Positions 38,241 to 46,700 of a DNA stretch of 64,000 nucleotides are shown piece after piece. A program made the translations under genes and the position numbers. Source of the stretch: Endomicrobiia bacterium (lineage in GTDB: Bacteria; Elusimicrobiota; Endomicrobiia; DTEH01); the NCBI GenBank assembly GCA_039630545.1, contig JBCNUU010000007.1, positions 1 to 64,000 on the forward strand, written 5' to 3'. Positions within the stretch are counted from its first letter, which is position 1. The number at the start of each line of letters is the position of its first letter. The notes below the pieces were generated by a model. That model had not been told where the DNA came from, made no database searches, and worked only from the letters and a program-made list of their open reading frames with translations.

Positions 38241-39288
38241 AACTTTCAGAACAATATCAATTTTCCTTTTATTTTTTACTGCCTCTGAAATAATCGCAAC
38301 TGAGCTATATTCAAAAGAAAAAGTTATATTTATCATTGATTGCTGGAGATATAACTTTGGATGGGAAACATTTGGTGGAGGATATATAAGACATTTTTTA
38401 GTTTTTACTGAAGACAAAATTATTGACATAAAGACAGATCAGATTTCTTATACTCCTGCTTATTCTTATTCATATTTTGACCTGTCAAAATATTCAGATA
38501 AATCTTTATATGAAAGTTTGTTTTTTGCCACTTTAGAAGCAATAATAACAGTTGGTTTAGAAAAAATATTAGGTGGCTCTCTCCAGGAAAGAGTAGAAAA
38601 AGAGTTTAAAAATATTCTTTTGTCTTTAGATAAAGAGTTTACAGTTGAAAGTCTAATTAAATTTTTTGAAACTTATAAAATAAAAACAAAAGTTAAAAAT
38701 GTATTTTTAATTAGAAATCTAAAACTGCCAAAAGTAAAAATAAAAAATGACAATATAGTCTTTTCTTTCGCTTATATGGATAAAAAGTATAAGTTCATTG
38801 CTAAAAATAAAGATAAAAATTTGCGCGAGGAAATAGTTAAAATTATAACTAATTTAATAGAACAAAAAGAACAACAGGTGATTGTTGAGAATGTTACCAA
38901 TTTGCAATCTTACATTGAGCAAAAAGAAAAATTAAAGACTTTTACAAAAAACTCGATATTTTTCGAGTTTTCTAAAAAAGGTTTAATTTTTTCTTTCTTA
39001 AATTATGACTATAGATTTAAACCTTACTTAAGTTTAAGAATAGGTGTGGGATATCTTTATACCTCCATATTATCTTTGAATTTTATTACTTTCCCTAATT
39101 CTTCAAATCATATTGAAGTATCTGCAGGATTTTGTATTTTACCTTTTGATATTTTAGCTTCTTTGTTAAGTGTTGGATACAGATTTCAACCTTACAAAAA
39201 GGACGGTGTGATATTAAGAGTAAATATAGAATTCTCACCAGAGATAAACTTGATAACCGGAGGTTTAAGCATAGGATATTGCTGGTGA
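38215..39288 (+). CDS. Hypothetical protein with C-terminal beta-barrel domain similar to 36446-36970
   Basis: N-terminal hydrophobic stretch; C-terminal NSIFFE...GYRFQP...GGLSIGY. Start placed at ATG 38215. Confidence 0.7.
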   Translation: MSILAKKFRTFRTISIFLLFFTASEIIATELYSKEKVIFIIDCWRYNFGWETFGGGYIRHFLVFTEDKIIDIKTDQISYTPAYSYSYFDLSKYSDKSLYESLFFATLEAIITVGLEKILGGSLQERVEKEFKNILLSLDKEFTVESLIKFFETYKIKTKVKNVFLIRNLKLPKVKIKNDNIVFSFAYMDKKYKFIAKNKDKNLREEIVKIITNLIEQKEQQVIVENVTNLQSYIEQKEKLKTFTKNSIFFEFSKKGLIFSFLNYDYRFKPYLSLRIGVGYLYTSILSLNFITFPNSSNHIEVSAGFCILPFDILASLLSVGYRFQPYKKDGVILRVNIEFSPEINLITGGLSIGYCW

Positions 39289-39317
39289 TTACTTTTTGGA
39301 TGTGTGAGCTACTTAAA

Positions 39318-40256
39318 CTACTCCTTTACTATTTCAACTCTTCTGTTTTTCTTTCTACCTTCTTCTGTATCATTAGATGCAACTGGACAAAGTGGACCCA
39401 CTCCAAAGCTTTTTAGTCTATCTTTTGAGATGCCGTACTTTTCAATCAGTTCCTTTACGACATTCTCTGCTCTTTTTCTTGATAGTTCCATATTATATTC
39501 GAACTTTCCAATGTTGTCTGTGTGTCCTACTATATAAACTTTTATTGCTGGGTTTTCTTTTAAAAATTTAGCTATCTCTTTTAATGTTGGTTCTGATTCA
39601 GGCTTTATGTCTGCTTTATCAAAATCAAAATAGATTCCATAAATTGCAACATGACCTTTTTTCATTATCTCTTGTTTTATTTCATCTGCTCTAATAAGAC
39701 CTGTTTCCATTTCTTTTTTTTCAGCAATACCTAGGAATACCACGGGATTATAGTTCCAACCTTCAAGAACTGTGATTGAAACTCCTATATTGTCTTTTTT
39801 CGCAGATATATGAAAAAACTCCGAAGGTTTGTTTTCAGTTTGATAAACACCTCGAAATAATTTATTGTATTTTGAAAGAAATTCTCTTATTCCTTTGATT
39901 TCTTCTTTCTCACCTTTATAGATTATTTCAAATCCTGCTTTTTTTATTGCATACTCATAGTTTTTAAAAACTTCATATTGAGTTCTTTCTTTAGGGCAAT
40001 GATATAGAATAAATGTAACTTTTCCTTCAAAAATCTCTTTTTTTGCATTCTCAACATCTTTATCGGCACCGGATGGTAAAGGCCCTGTAAGAAGATATAA
40101 CCTTTCAAAAGTTTTCTCTTCATAATGTGCTATTCTTGATCCAGGAAACCTTGAAATTAAAGGGTGATCCTTACTTCCTGGAACATCCGGTTCCTGAGAA
40201 TAAAGTATAATAGGTAAAAACAAAATACATGTTATCATTTTTGTTTTATTTTTCAT
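39318..40256 (-). CDS. OmpA-family peptidoglycan-binding protein (DUF4892-like N-terminus)
   Basis: DVPGSKDHPLISRFPGS; IYFDFDKA, VGHTD, LSRKRA, NRRVE. Confidence 0.92.
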   Translation of the reverse strand: MKNKTKMITCILFLPIILYSQEPDVPGSKDHPLISRFPGSRIAHYEEKTFERLYLLTGPLPSGADKDVENAKKEIFEGKVTFILYHCPKERTQYEVFKNYEYAIKKAGFEIIYKGEKEEIKGIREFLSKYNKLFRGVYQTENKPSEFFHISAKKDNIGVSITVLEGWNYNPVVFLGIAEKKEMETGLIRADEIKQEIMKKGHVAIYGIYFDFDKADIKPESEPTLKEIAKFLKENPAIKVYIVGHTDNIGKFEYNMELSRKRAENVVKELIEKYGISKDRLKSFGVGPLCPVASNDTEEGRKKNRRVEIVKE

Positions 40257-40680
40257 GCCTTTCTCCTTTTATCTCTAATATTATTTCATTTAAAAGTCTT
40301 ACAAAATTATGCAGATCAGATTCAATATATAGTTGGTCTGGGATAAAAGTAATTTTTTTTATTTTTTTGTCTATTTTAAATGAAATTTCATAAATTATAC
40401 AATCAGGGTAAGACTCACCTATAGTGTCTTTTTTTGTTTTTATTTTTTCTATAAGATTTTTAAATATCCTTATCTTTTCACCAGGAAGTTGTGTAGATAT
40501 TTCAGTTTTTGTTCTTTTATCTTTATAAGTTATTTTCTTGTTGTCTATTATGATTTCTTCATTTAGCCCTATGAGGCCACCTTTTATTTTAGTTTCAATT
40601 AAAAATTCTTTTCTATAAGCACAGGATAAGTAGAACACCAAAGTAAAAAATATATAAAAAAGTTTTTTTATGTTACACAT
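40246..40680 (-). CDS. Lipoprotein, emfourin-like
   Basis: Lipobox YLSC; GGLIG...PDCIIYEI resembles the protealysin inhibitor family. Confidence 0.6.
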   Translation of the reverse strand: MCNIKKLFYIFFTLVFYLSCAYRKEFLIETKIKGGLIGLNEEIIIDNKKITYKDKRTKTEISTQLPGEKIRIFKNLIEKIKTKKDTIGESYPDCIIYEISFKIDKKIKKITFIPDQLYIESDLHNFVRLLNEIILEIKGERHEK

Positions 40681-40812
40681 CTAAATATTGTTATATCTTA
40701 ACCACTCTTATTAATCTTATTAAAAAATAAAAATTTTTTCAAGCTATTGTTTGATTTGAAAATACTTTAACTTCTTATTTCTAAAATTTATTTAGCAGAT
40801 TTTTAATAGAAG

Positions 40813-40841
40813 TTGAATAACAAAATAATATTTTGTAAAAA
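40813..40841 (+). promoter_or_regulatory. Promoter with palindromic operator in the spacer
   Basis: TTGAAT-N17-TAAAAA; ACAAAATA-A-TATTTTGT at 40820-40836. Confidence 0.5.
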
Positions 40842-40906
40842 ACTAAACTGTCATTGTTTTAGCGTAAAGTATAATTATAAAAAAAGAAAAGGAGGAGGTG
40901 TAATAT

Positions 40907-41548
40907 ATGCCACTTCTTAACCCACAAATAAAAAATAAATTAAAGAACATATTTGACAACCTGCCAAATAATGTAATTTTAAAAGTTTTTACTCAAGAAA
41001 TAGAATGTCCAACTTGTAGGGAAAATACTTCACTAATGCAAGAAATTTCCGAAGTTTCAAATAAAGTAAAAGTTGAACTGTTAAACTTTGTGTTAAACAA
41101 AATAGAAGCTGAAAAGTTAAAAATTGACAAAATTCCTGCTACAGCTGTGTTAGGTGAAAAGGACTATGGAATAAGATTTTATGGTGTTCCTGCTGGTTTT
41201 GAGTTTAACTCTTTAATAAACGCTATTAAGATAGTTGGTGAAAAAAACTCCGGACTTAAAGAAGAAACAGTTTCAAAACTTAAGTTAATTTCTAAACCAG
41301 TAGATATAAAAGTATTTGTAACTTTGACATGTCCTTATTGTCCTATGGCAGTTGAGTTAGCACATAAGTTTGCTTTTGAAAACGAAAACATATATGCTTC
41401 AATGATAAATGCGCAAGAATTTCCACACTTAGCAAACAAATATGGTGTGTATGCTGTTCCTAAAGTTGTGATAAACGATAAAGTTAGTTTTGAAGGAGCA
41501 GTGCCTGAAGATACTTTACTAAGTTATTTGATGGAAGCGATAAAATAA
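40907..41548 (+). CDS. Protein disulfide oxidoreductase (PDO / AhpF N-terminal-like)
   Basis: CPTC and CPYC; GVPAGFEF; AVPK. Confidence 0.93.
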   Translation: MPLLNPQIKNKLKNIFDNLPNNVILKVFTQEIECPTCRENTSLMQEISEVSNKVKVELLNFVLNKIEAEKLKIDKIPATAVLGEKDYGIRFYGVPAGFEFNSLINAIKIVGEKNSGLKEETVSKLKLISKPVDIKVFVTLTCPYCPMAVELAHKFAFENENIYASMINAQEFPHLANKYGVYAVPKVVINDKVSFEGAVPEDTLLSYLMEAIK

Positions 41549-41549
41549 T

Positions 41550-42104
41550 ATGTCACATGAAGTAGCTTTAGCGAACTTGTGGCTAAAATTGGAAGAAGTC
41601 TCTTTGCAAGAAAAATACGACTTAAATTTTTTGAATGATACTTACGAGATAAACATAACCAACAAAACGGTTTTGTCTTATTCTTGCAATTCAGAACCAC
41701 CTGAAGAGATAAGTATACTGCTTCTTGGATATTTAATAAAAAAATTAAAAAATGAAATTCCAAAGCCAGAAAACGAACTTATTACATTTAATGAAATACC
41801 AGATGGTAAATTTTTATACGAGAGATTTAAAGAAAGAGCAGTAAAACCATTACTAAGAAAATACGGAAATAATCCTGAGTTTATTTTTGAATCATTAAAT
41901 AGGTTTAAAGCTAAAAAATCAGATATTTCTAAATATGCAGTTGAAATCCAGGTTTTTGACGAAGTAAAAATTATTTTTGTATTATATCCAGAAGACGAAG
42001 AATTTTCTTCTGATGGGAACTTTTTGTTTGACAGAAGTATCTCAAAAATTTTTACAACAGAAGAAATAGAAGTTTTGTGTATTGAAATTGCGAAGTTATT
42101 ATGA
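41550..42104 (+). CDS. DUF3786-like protein
   Basis: ITFNEIPDG, DEEFSSDGNFLFD. Confidence 0.8.
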   Translation: MSHEVALANLWLKLEEVSLQEKYDLNFLNDTYEINITNKTVLSYSCNSEPPEEISILLLGYLIKKLKNEIPKPENELITFNEIPDGKFLYERFKERAVKPLLRKYGNNPEFIFESLNRFKAKKSDISKYAVEIQVFDEVKIIFVLYPEDEEFSSDGNFLFDRSISKIFTTEEIEVLCIEIAKLL

Positions 42105-42135
42105 TATTTATTTACAATAAAGGAGGATTCAAACT

Positions 42136-42642
42136 ATGAAACTTTCTAAAACTATTCAAAAAGAATTAAATCTTCAACTTAACAGAGAACTTTACTCTGC
42201 ATATTTATATTTATCTATGGCTGCTTATTTTGATTCTGTCGCACTCAAAGGATTTTCTCATTGGTTGAAACTTCAGGCAAAAGAAGAAACAAACCATGCT
42301 ATGAAATTCTTTGATTTTATTTTAGAAAGAAACGGAGAAGTTGAGCTAGAACCTATAGATAAACCAAAAACAAGCTGGAACTTTCCAGTTGAAGCTTTTA
42401 GAGATGTCTATGAACATGAACAAAAAGTAACTGGTTATATAAACAAAATTTTAGAAGCCGCAATTAAAGAGAACGACTATGCTACACAAAATTTTCTGCA
42501 GTGGTTTGTCTCTGAGCAGGTAGAAGAAGAAGCCCAATCTTTTGAAATTCTTCAAAAACTTGAAAAATGTGGTACATCTATAGGAAGTTTATTTGTTTTA
42601 GATCATCATCTTGGTAAAAGAGAAGATAAAAAAGACGAATAA
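42136..42642 (+). CDS. ftnA: Non-heme ferritin
   Basis: ELYSAYLYLSM, EETNHAMK, HEQKVT, FLQWFVSEQVEEE. Confidence 0.95.
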   Translation: MKLSKTIQKELNLQLNRELYSAYLYLSMAAYFDSVALKGFSHWLKLQAKEETNHAMKFFDFILERNGEVELEPIDKPKTSWNFPVEAFRDVYEHEQKVTGYINKILEAAIKENDYATQNFLQWFVSEQVEEEAQSFEILQKLEKCGTSIGSLFVLDHHLGKREDKKDE

Positions 42643-42665
42643 TAATTCTAGGGAGGTAACAATTT

Positions 42666-42827
42666 ATGAAAAAATCTTCAAAAAAAACATCTTCAAAATC
42701 TAAAAAACAAAAACAAAAATATGTTTGTGAGAAATGTGGATTAATTATTAGTGTTGACGAAACTTGTGGTTGTGTTGATGCATGTGATATAATCTGTTGT
42801 GGAGAACAAATGAAGCCTAAAAAATAA
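42666..42827 (+). CDS. 53-aa desulforedoxin-like Cys-rich microprotein (absent from the ORF track)
   Basis: GGGAGGT SD; MKKSSKKTSSKSKKQKQKYVCEKCGLIISVDETCGCVDACDIICCGEQMKPKK. Confidence 0.8.
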   Translation: MKKSSKKTSSKSKKQKQKYVCEKCGLIISVDETCGCVDACDIICCGEQMKPKK

Positions 42828-42932
42828 AATATACTAAAGATTTTTTCATGGGATTACATTTCAATAGTTATACGCTTTTTTGAAGTGATGGATTTTTTTT
42901 ATTTTTGATTAGTAGCCACAGGGGGAAAATAT

Positions 42933-43412
42933 ATGGAAATGCTAAATATATCTGAAGTATATCAAATTGCTATGCAGATAGAAGAAAACGGTATAAAATT
43001 CTATTCATTATGGGCTAAAAAGGTAAAAAATAAAGAGTTAAAAGAAATTTTTTCTGCCTTAGCTTACGCTGAAACTGAACACAAAAAAATTTTTGAAAAG
43101 ATGCTTAAAGAAATTGAAGACTATGAACCTAAAGAAGCTTATCCTGATGAATATTTTCAATATCTTAGAGCTTATTCTGAAAATTTGATTTTTCGCATTA
43201 AAGATGCAAAAGAAAAATTAAAAAAAATAAAATCTGTGTCTAAAGCTTTGGAATTTGCAATAGAAAGGGAGAAAGAATCCATACTTTATTATCAAGAAGC
43301 AAAAAATGTTGTTCCGCAGGTTCAACATTCTGAATTGGAAAAAATAATAAATGAAGAAAGAAAACACTTTTTAGATTTGCTTCATATTAAAAATTCAATT
43401 ATTAAAAAGTAA
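42933..43412 (+). CDS. Rubrerythrin-like ferritin family protein (no rubredoxin domain)
   Basis: IEENGIKFY, ETEH, REKESILYY, EERKH. Confidence 0.9.
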   Translation: MEMLNISEVYQIAMQIEENGIKFYSLWAKKVKNKELKEIFSALAYAETEHKKIFEKMLKEIEDYEPKEAYPDEYFQYLRAYSENLIFRIKDAKEKLKKIKSVSKALEFAIEREKESILYYQEAKNVVPQVQHSELEKIINEERKHFLDLLHIKNSIIKK

Positions 43413-43423
43413 TTTTAAATATA

Positions 43424-43452
43424 TTGACATTTTTAAAATTTTATTATATAAA
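43424..43452 (+). promoter_or_regulatory. Sigma70-type promoter
   Basis: TTGACA-N17-TATAAA. Confidence 0.6.
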
Positions 43453-43492
43453 TTTTTCAATCTAAAATTTTAAATAAGGAGGTAATTACTTT

Positions 43493-43720
43493 ATGGGAGC
43501 ACTTATAGGAGGAATAATAGTAGGGGCTTTAGGAATATGGCTGTGGTTAAAATGGCCTGGTCAGGTGATAGTAATTCAGGGATCTTTACCTATAATGTTA
43601 ATTTGTGGCGGGCTGCTTGCAATTTTAGCAGGAATAGTTTCTATAAAAGATAGCATTGAAGCAAAAAAGTTAGAAAAAGAAGTTCAACAAACTTCACAGT
43701 CTTCAGAGGAACAAAAATAA
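43493..43720 (+). CDS. Small 2-TM membrane protein
   Basis: AAGGAGG SD; two hydrophobic helices and a charged tail. Confidence 0.8.
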   Translation: MGALIGGIIVGALGIWLWLKWPGQVIVIQGSLPIMLICGGLLAILAGIVSIKDSIEAKKLEKEVQQTSQSSEEQK

Positions 43721-43740
43721 ATAACTAATTTTTATATTTT

Positions 43741-44205
43741 GTGATTATTTTTTATTCCTCTTCCTGTAAAGATACTCATAAAGTAGCTTTTTACTTGTTA
43801 AATAGATATTTAAAAAAAACAAATCTTTTAGTTTTTTTATTGATTGGTGAATTAGGTAGTGGTAAAACAGAATTTGTAAAAGGAATTGGTAAATTTTTAG
43901 GCTTTAGTCCTCACCAGATAAAAAGTCCTTCATTCATTATTACCGAGGAGTTAAAAAATAAAAATTTTAAGCTCATTCATATAGATTTTTATCGTGTTGA
44001 AGATATTTTTGTAGATAGAATAATTTTTGATCTAATAAATGAGACGAATTTTAAAAGAAAAACAATTATTTGTATAGAATGGGCAAATAAACTTAAAAAT
44101 AAAACTATAAACTTGCTTAAAAAGTTGAAAAAAACAAAGATATTAAAAATTAATTTTAAGATATTAAGAACCACACGAAAACTGGTAGTAAAGAATTTAA
44201 ACTGA
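43741..44205 (+). CDS. tsaE: t6A biosynthesis ATPase TsaE
   Basis: GELGSGKT, SPSF, HIDFYR, IEWA. Confidence 0.92.
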   Translation: MIIFYSSSCKDTHKVAFYLLNRYLKKTNLLVFLLIGELGSGKTEFVKGIGKFLGFSPHQIKSPSFIITEELKNKNFKLIHIDFYRVEDIFVDRIIFDLINETNFKRKTIICIEWANKLKNKTINLLKKLKKTKILKINFKILRTTRKLVVKNLN

Positions 44206-44209
44206 TATT

Positions 44210-44860
44210 ATGAAAAAAATTATATTAACTGTAGATACTTCTTCTTGGTGGCTTTCGATGAGTATCTATAAAGAAAAAAAAATTTATACCAAAACAGCAG
44301 AAGTTGAAGATCACTCTGATGCATTAATCAAGTTTTTAGATGAACTTTTAAAAAAATCAAAAACAACTTTAAAAGATTTAACACATATTGGAGTAAATAT
44401 AGGTCCTGGCAGTTTTACAGGGTTGAGAGTTGGTTTAAGTTTTGTTAAGACAATTGCTTTAAATTTTAAATTAGACATTATATGTATAAACTCATTTGAC
44501 GGTCTCTTATATGGATTTATTAAAAATTATTCTTGGTATAGTGACAAAATATTGGTGCTTTTTCCGTCTGTGAAAGATGAATTTTATTTTTGTGAATACA
44601 GGTTTTTAAATGAAAGTAAATTTAAAGCAAAAAATATAAAATATGCTAAACTTGAAGATATCAAAAAAAATTTTCTAGCACATAAGTTTATTGTTCCTGA
44701 AAATTCAAAAAATATTATAAATAATGAAAAAAATTTTTATTTTGTAAAATTTAATTCTGAAACAATTATAAATATATTTCTTGAAGAGAAAAAATATTTG
44801 TATAAATTAACCTCACCGAAAAAACTTTTTCCAATGTATGTAAGGCATACTTATTACTAA
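44210..44860 (+). CDS. tsaB: t6A biosynthesis protein TsaB
   Basis: VDTS, HSDAL, GPGSFTGLRVG. Confidence 0.92.
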   Translation: MKKIILTVDTSSWWLSMSIYKEKKIYTKTAEVEDHSDALIKFLDELLKKSKTTLKDLTHIGVNIGPGSFTGLRVGLSFVKTIALNFKLDIICINSFDGLLYGFIKNYSWYSDKILVLFPSVKDEFYFCEYRFLNESKFKAKNIKYAKLEDIKKNFLAHKFIVPENSKNIINNEKNFYFVKFNSETIINIFLEEKKYLYKLTSPKKLFPMYVRHTYY

Positions 44861-44870
44861 CTATATAAAA

Positions 44871-44950
44871 AATTTTTAACAACAGTTGACAAAAAATGGT
44901 AAAATTTGATAAAATATAACAAGTAATAACTTTAAATGATAAAATATGAT
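44871..44950 (+). repeat. Eight degenerate 10-bp tandem units (approx. AAWWWWTRAY) spanning a sigma70 promoter
   Basis: AATTTTTAAC AACAGTTGAC AAAAAATGGT AAAATTTGAT AAAATATAAC AAGTAATAAC TTTAAATGAT AAAATATGAT; TTGACA at 44886 and TGnTAAAAT at 44907-44915. Confidence 0.65.
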
Positions 44951-45220
44951 ATGAAGAAAAAAAATATCCAACAAAATAACTCTATTCAGTATTCTGCAAA
45001 AGAGGTAATGGATGTAAAAGAACTTTCAAAGTATTTAGGTATAGGTAAATCTAAAATTTATCAACTAATAAGAGAAAAAAAAATTCCTGCTTCAAAAATA
45101 GGTCGTCAGTATAGATTTTCAAAATCAGTAATTGATAGCTGGCTTAAAGAAAATTTAATTACAAGAGAAGAACTTCAATATTCTTTAGACAAATTATTTA
45201 AAATTAAGAGTGAAAAATAA
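44951..45220 (+). CDS. Excisionase/BldC-like (HTH_17) DNA-binding protein
   Basis: MDVKELSKYLGIGKSKIYQLIREKKIPASKIGRQYRF; start uncertain (44936, 44951 or 45008). Confidence 0.9.
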   Translation: MKKKNIQQNNSIQYSAKEVMDVKELSKYLGIGKSKIYQLIREKKIPASKIGRQYRFSKSVIDSWLKENLITREELQYSLDKLFKIKSEK

Positions 45221-46328
45221 TATTGATTTTTTTGTTAAAAATTTTTTTTCTTCAAGTAATTGGTATTTTTACTTTAAAAACAGAATTACCAGTATAAATA
45301 AACTTGAACGTTTTTTAGATTTAACATTAGAAGAAAAAAGGGGGTTAATTCATACTAAATTTCCATTTGCTATTACTGAGTACCTATTAGGTTTAATGGA
45401 TAATAACTCACCTAACTGTCCGATAAGAAAACAATTCATCCCCATTATTGATGAAATCAGAACTACTCCTGAGGAATTAAGCTTCTGTAGCATGAATAAA
45501 GATAATCTTCAAAATGATAATTCTAAAGAAATTAAACCTTTTGGTTTAATACATAAATATTCTGATAGAGCAATTTTGTTTCTTACTGATCTGTGTGCTT
45601 CTTATTGTAGATTTTGTTCTAAAAAACACTATGTTGGAAAAAACAATTGGATTATGACAAATGGAGAATTTGGTTTTATTAAAAAGTATCTTGAAGACCA
45701 TTCTGAGATTAAACAAGTGATTCTATCTGGAGGTGATCCTTTAATTTTATCCGATGAGAAAATAAATTTCTTTTTGTCTCACTTAAGAAAAATACCACAT
45801 ATTTCAATTATCCGGATAGAAACGAGAGTTCCGATAGTTCTTCCTCACAGAGTAACTCATAAGCTATGTGAGATTTTTAAAAAATACAAACCGATTTATA
45901 TGTGTATTTTATTCAATCATCCTAAAGAAATAAACGAATGGACGAAATATGTTTGTGAAATGCTGGCAGATAATGGAGTAGTTCTTTTATCTAATACAGT
46001 TTTACTTAAAGGCATAAATGACAAAGTCCAAATTTTATCAGAGTTATTTTATGAGCTACTAAAAATAAGAGTACGTCCTTATAGTTTATTTCAGTGTGAT
46101 ATAGTTGAGGGTAATTCTCATTTTAGGGTGTCCTTTTCAACTGTGATGAAGATATTAAAACAATTGAAATCTTTGGTTTCTGGTTTAGCAGTACCTGATT
46201 TTATTATAAATGTCCCCAATCATGGAAAAATCTATATTTCACCTCAATGTTTTATATCTAAAACAAAAGATTCTGTTATACTTAAGGATTTAGAAGAAAA
46301 AATAGTCGTATATCCGGAAACTAAATAA
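45210..46328 (+). CDS. KamA-family radical SAM/PLP aminomutase-like protein
   Basis: CPIRKQFIP, HKYSDR, CASYCRFC, LSGGDPL, FNHPKE, VLLKGIND, GK (PLP Lys). Confidence 0.9.
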   Translation: MKNNIDFFVKNFFSSSNWYFYFKNRITSINKLERFLDLTLEEKRGLIHTKFPFAITEYLLGLMDNNSPNCPIRKQFIPIIDEIRTTPEELSFCSMNKDNLQNDNSKEIKPFGLIHKYSDRAILFLTDLCASYCRFCSKKHYVGKNNWIMTNGEFGFIKKYLEDHSEIKQVILSGGDPLILSDEKINFFLSHLRKIPHISIIRIETRVPIVLPHRVTHKLCEIFKKYKPIYMCILFNHPKEINEWTKYVCEMLADNGVVLLSNTVLLKGINDKVQILSELFYELLKIRVRPYSLFQCDIVEGNSHFRVSFSTVMKILKQLKSLVSGLAVPDFIINVPNHGKIYISPQCFISKTKDSVILKDLEEKIVVYPETK

Positions 46329-46368
46329 ATTTTAATTTTAAACTTTAAAAAAAGGAGGTTATAAATAA

Positions 46369-46608
46369 ATGGCAGAAAAAGTGGCAAAAGTAGGAGTAAA
46401 AAAGGAAGATGGGTATCTATACTTTGTGGATAAAGACGGTGATATTTCAAGAGTAAAAATGGCTCGTGGGGGCAAAAAGGGTGGAAAACCTCAAAAAGTA
46501 GCCAAAGTAGGTGTGAAAAAAGAAGAAGGATATCTTTACTTTGTTGATAAAAATGGGGACATATCAAGAGCAAAAATGGTAAGAAAAGGCAAAAAAGGGA
46601 AAAAATAG
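46369..46608 (+). CDS. Small Lys-rich protein made of two near-identical 39-aa units
   Basis: AAAGGAGG SD; KVAKVGVKKE(D/E)GYLYFVDK(D/N)GDISR twice. Confidence 0.9.
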   Translation: MAEKVAKVGVKKEDGYLYFVDKDGDISRVKMARGGKKGGKPQKVAKVGVKKEEGYLYFVDKNGDISRAKMVRKGKKGKK

Positions 46609-46700
46609 ATTTATTATCTTGCTATAAAATATAACTGAGTGTGGAGAAGGTAAGGTAAAGTTATTATTGATTAGTGTAAGTATAATAATCATAAAAAAAT

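Noticed and set aside
42832..42915. Possible stem-loop (CATTTCAA/TTGAAGTG) upstream of a ferritin-like gene as an iron-responsive RNA
   Set aside because: Short AT/GU-rich stems expected by chance; no recognisable riboswitch motif.
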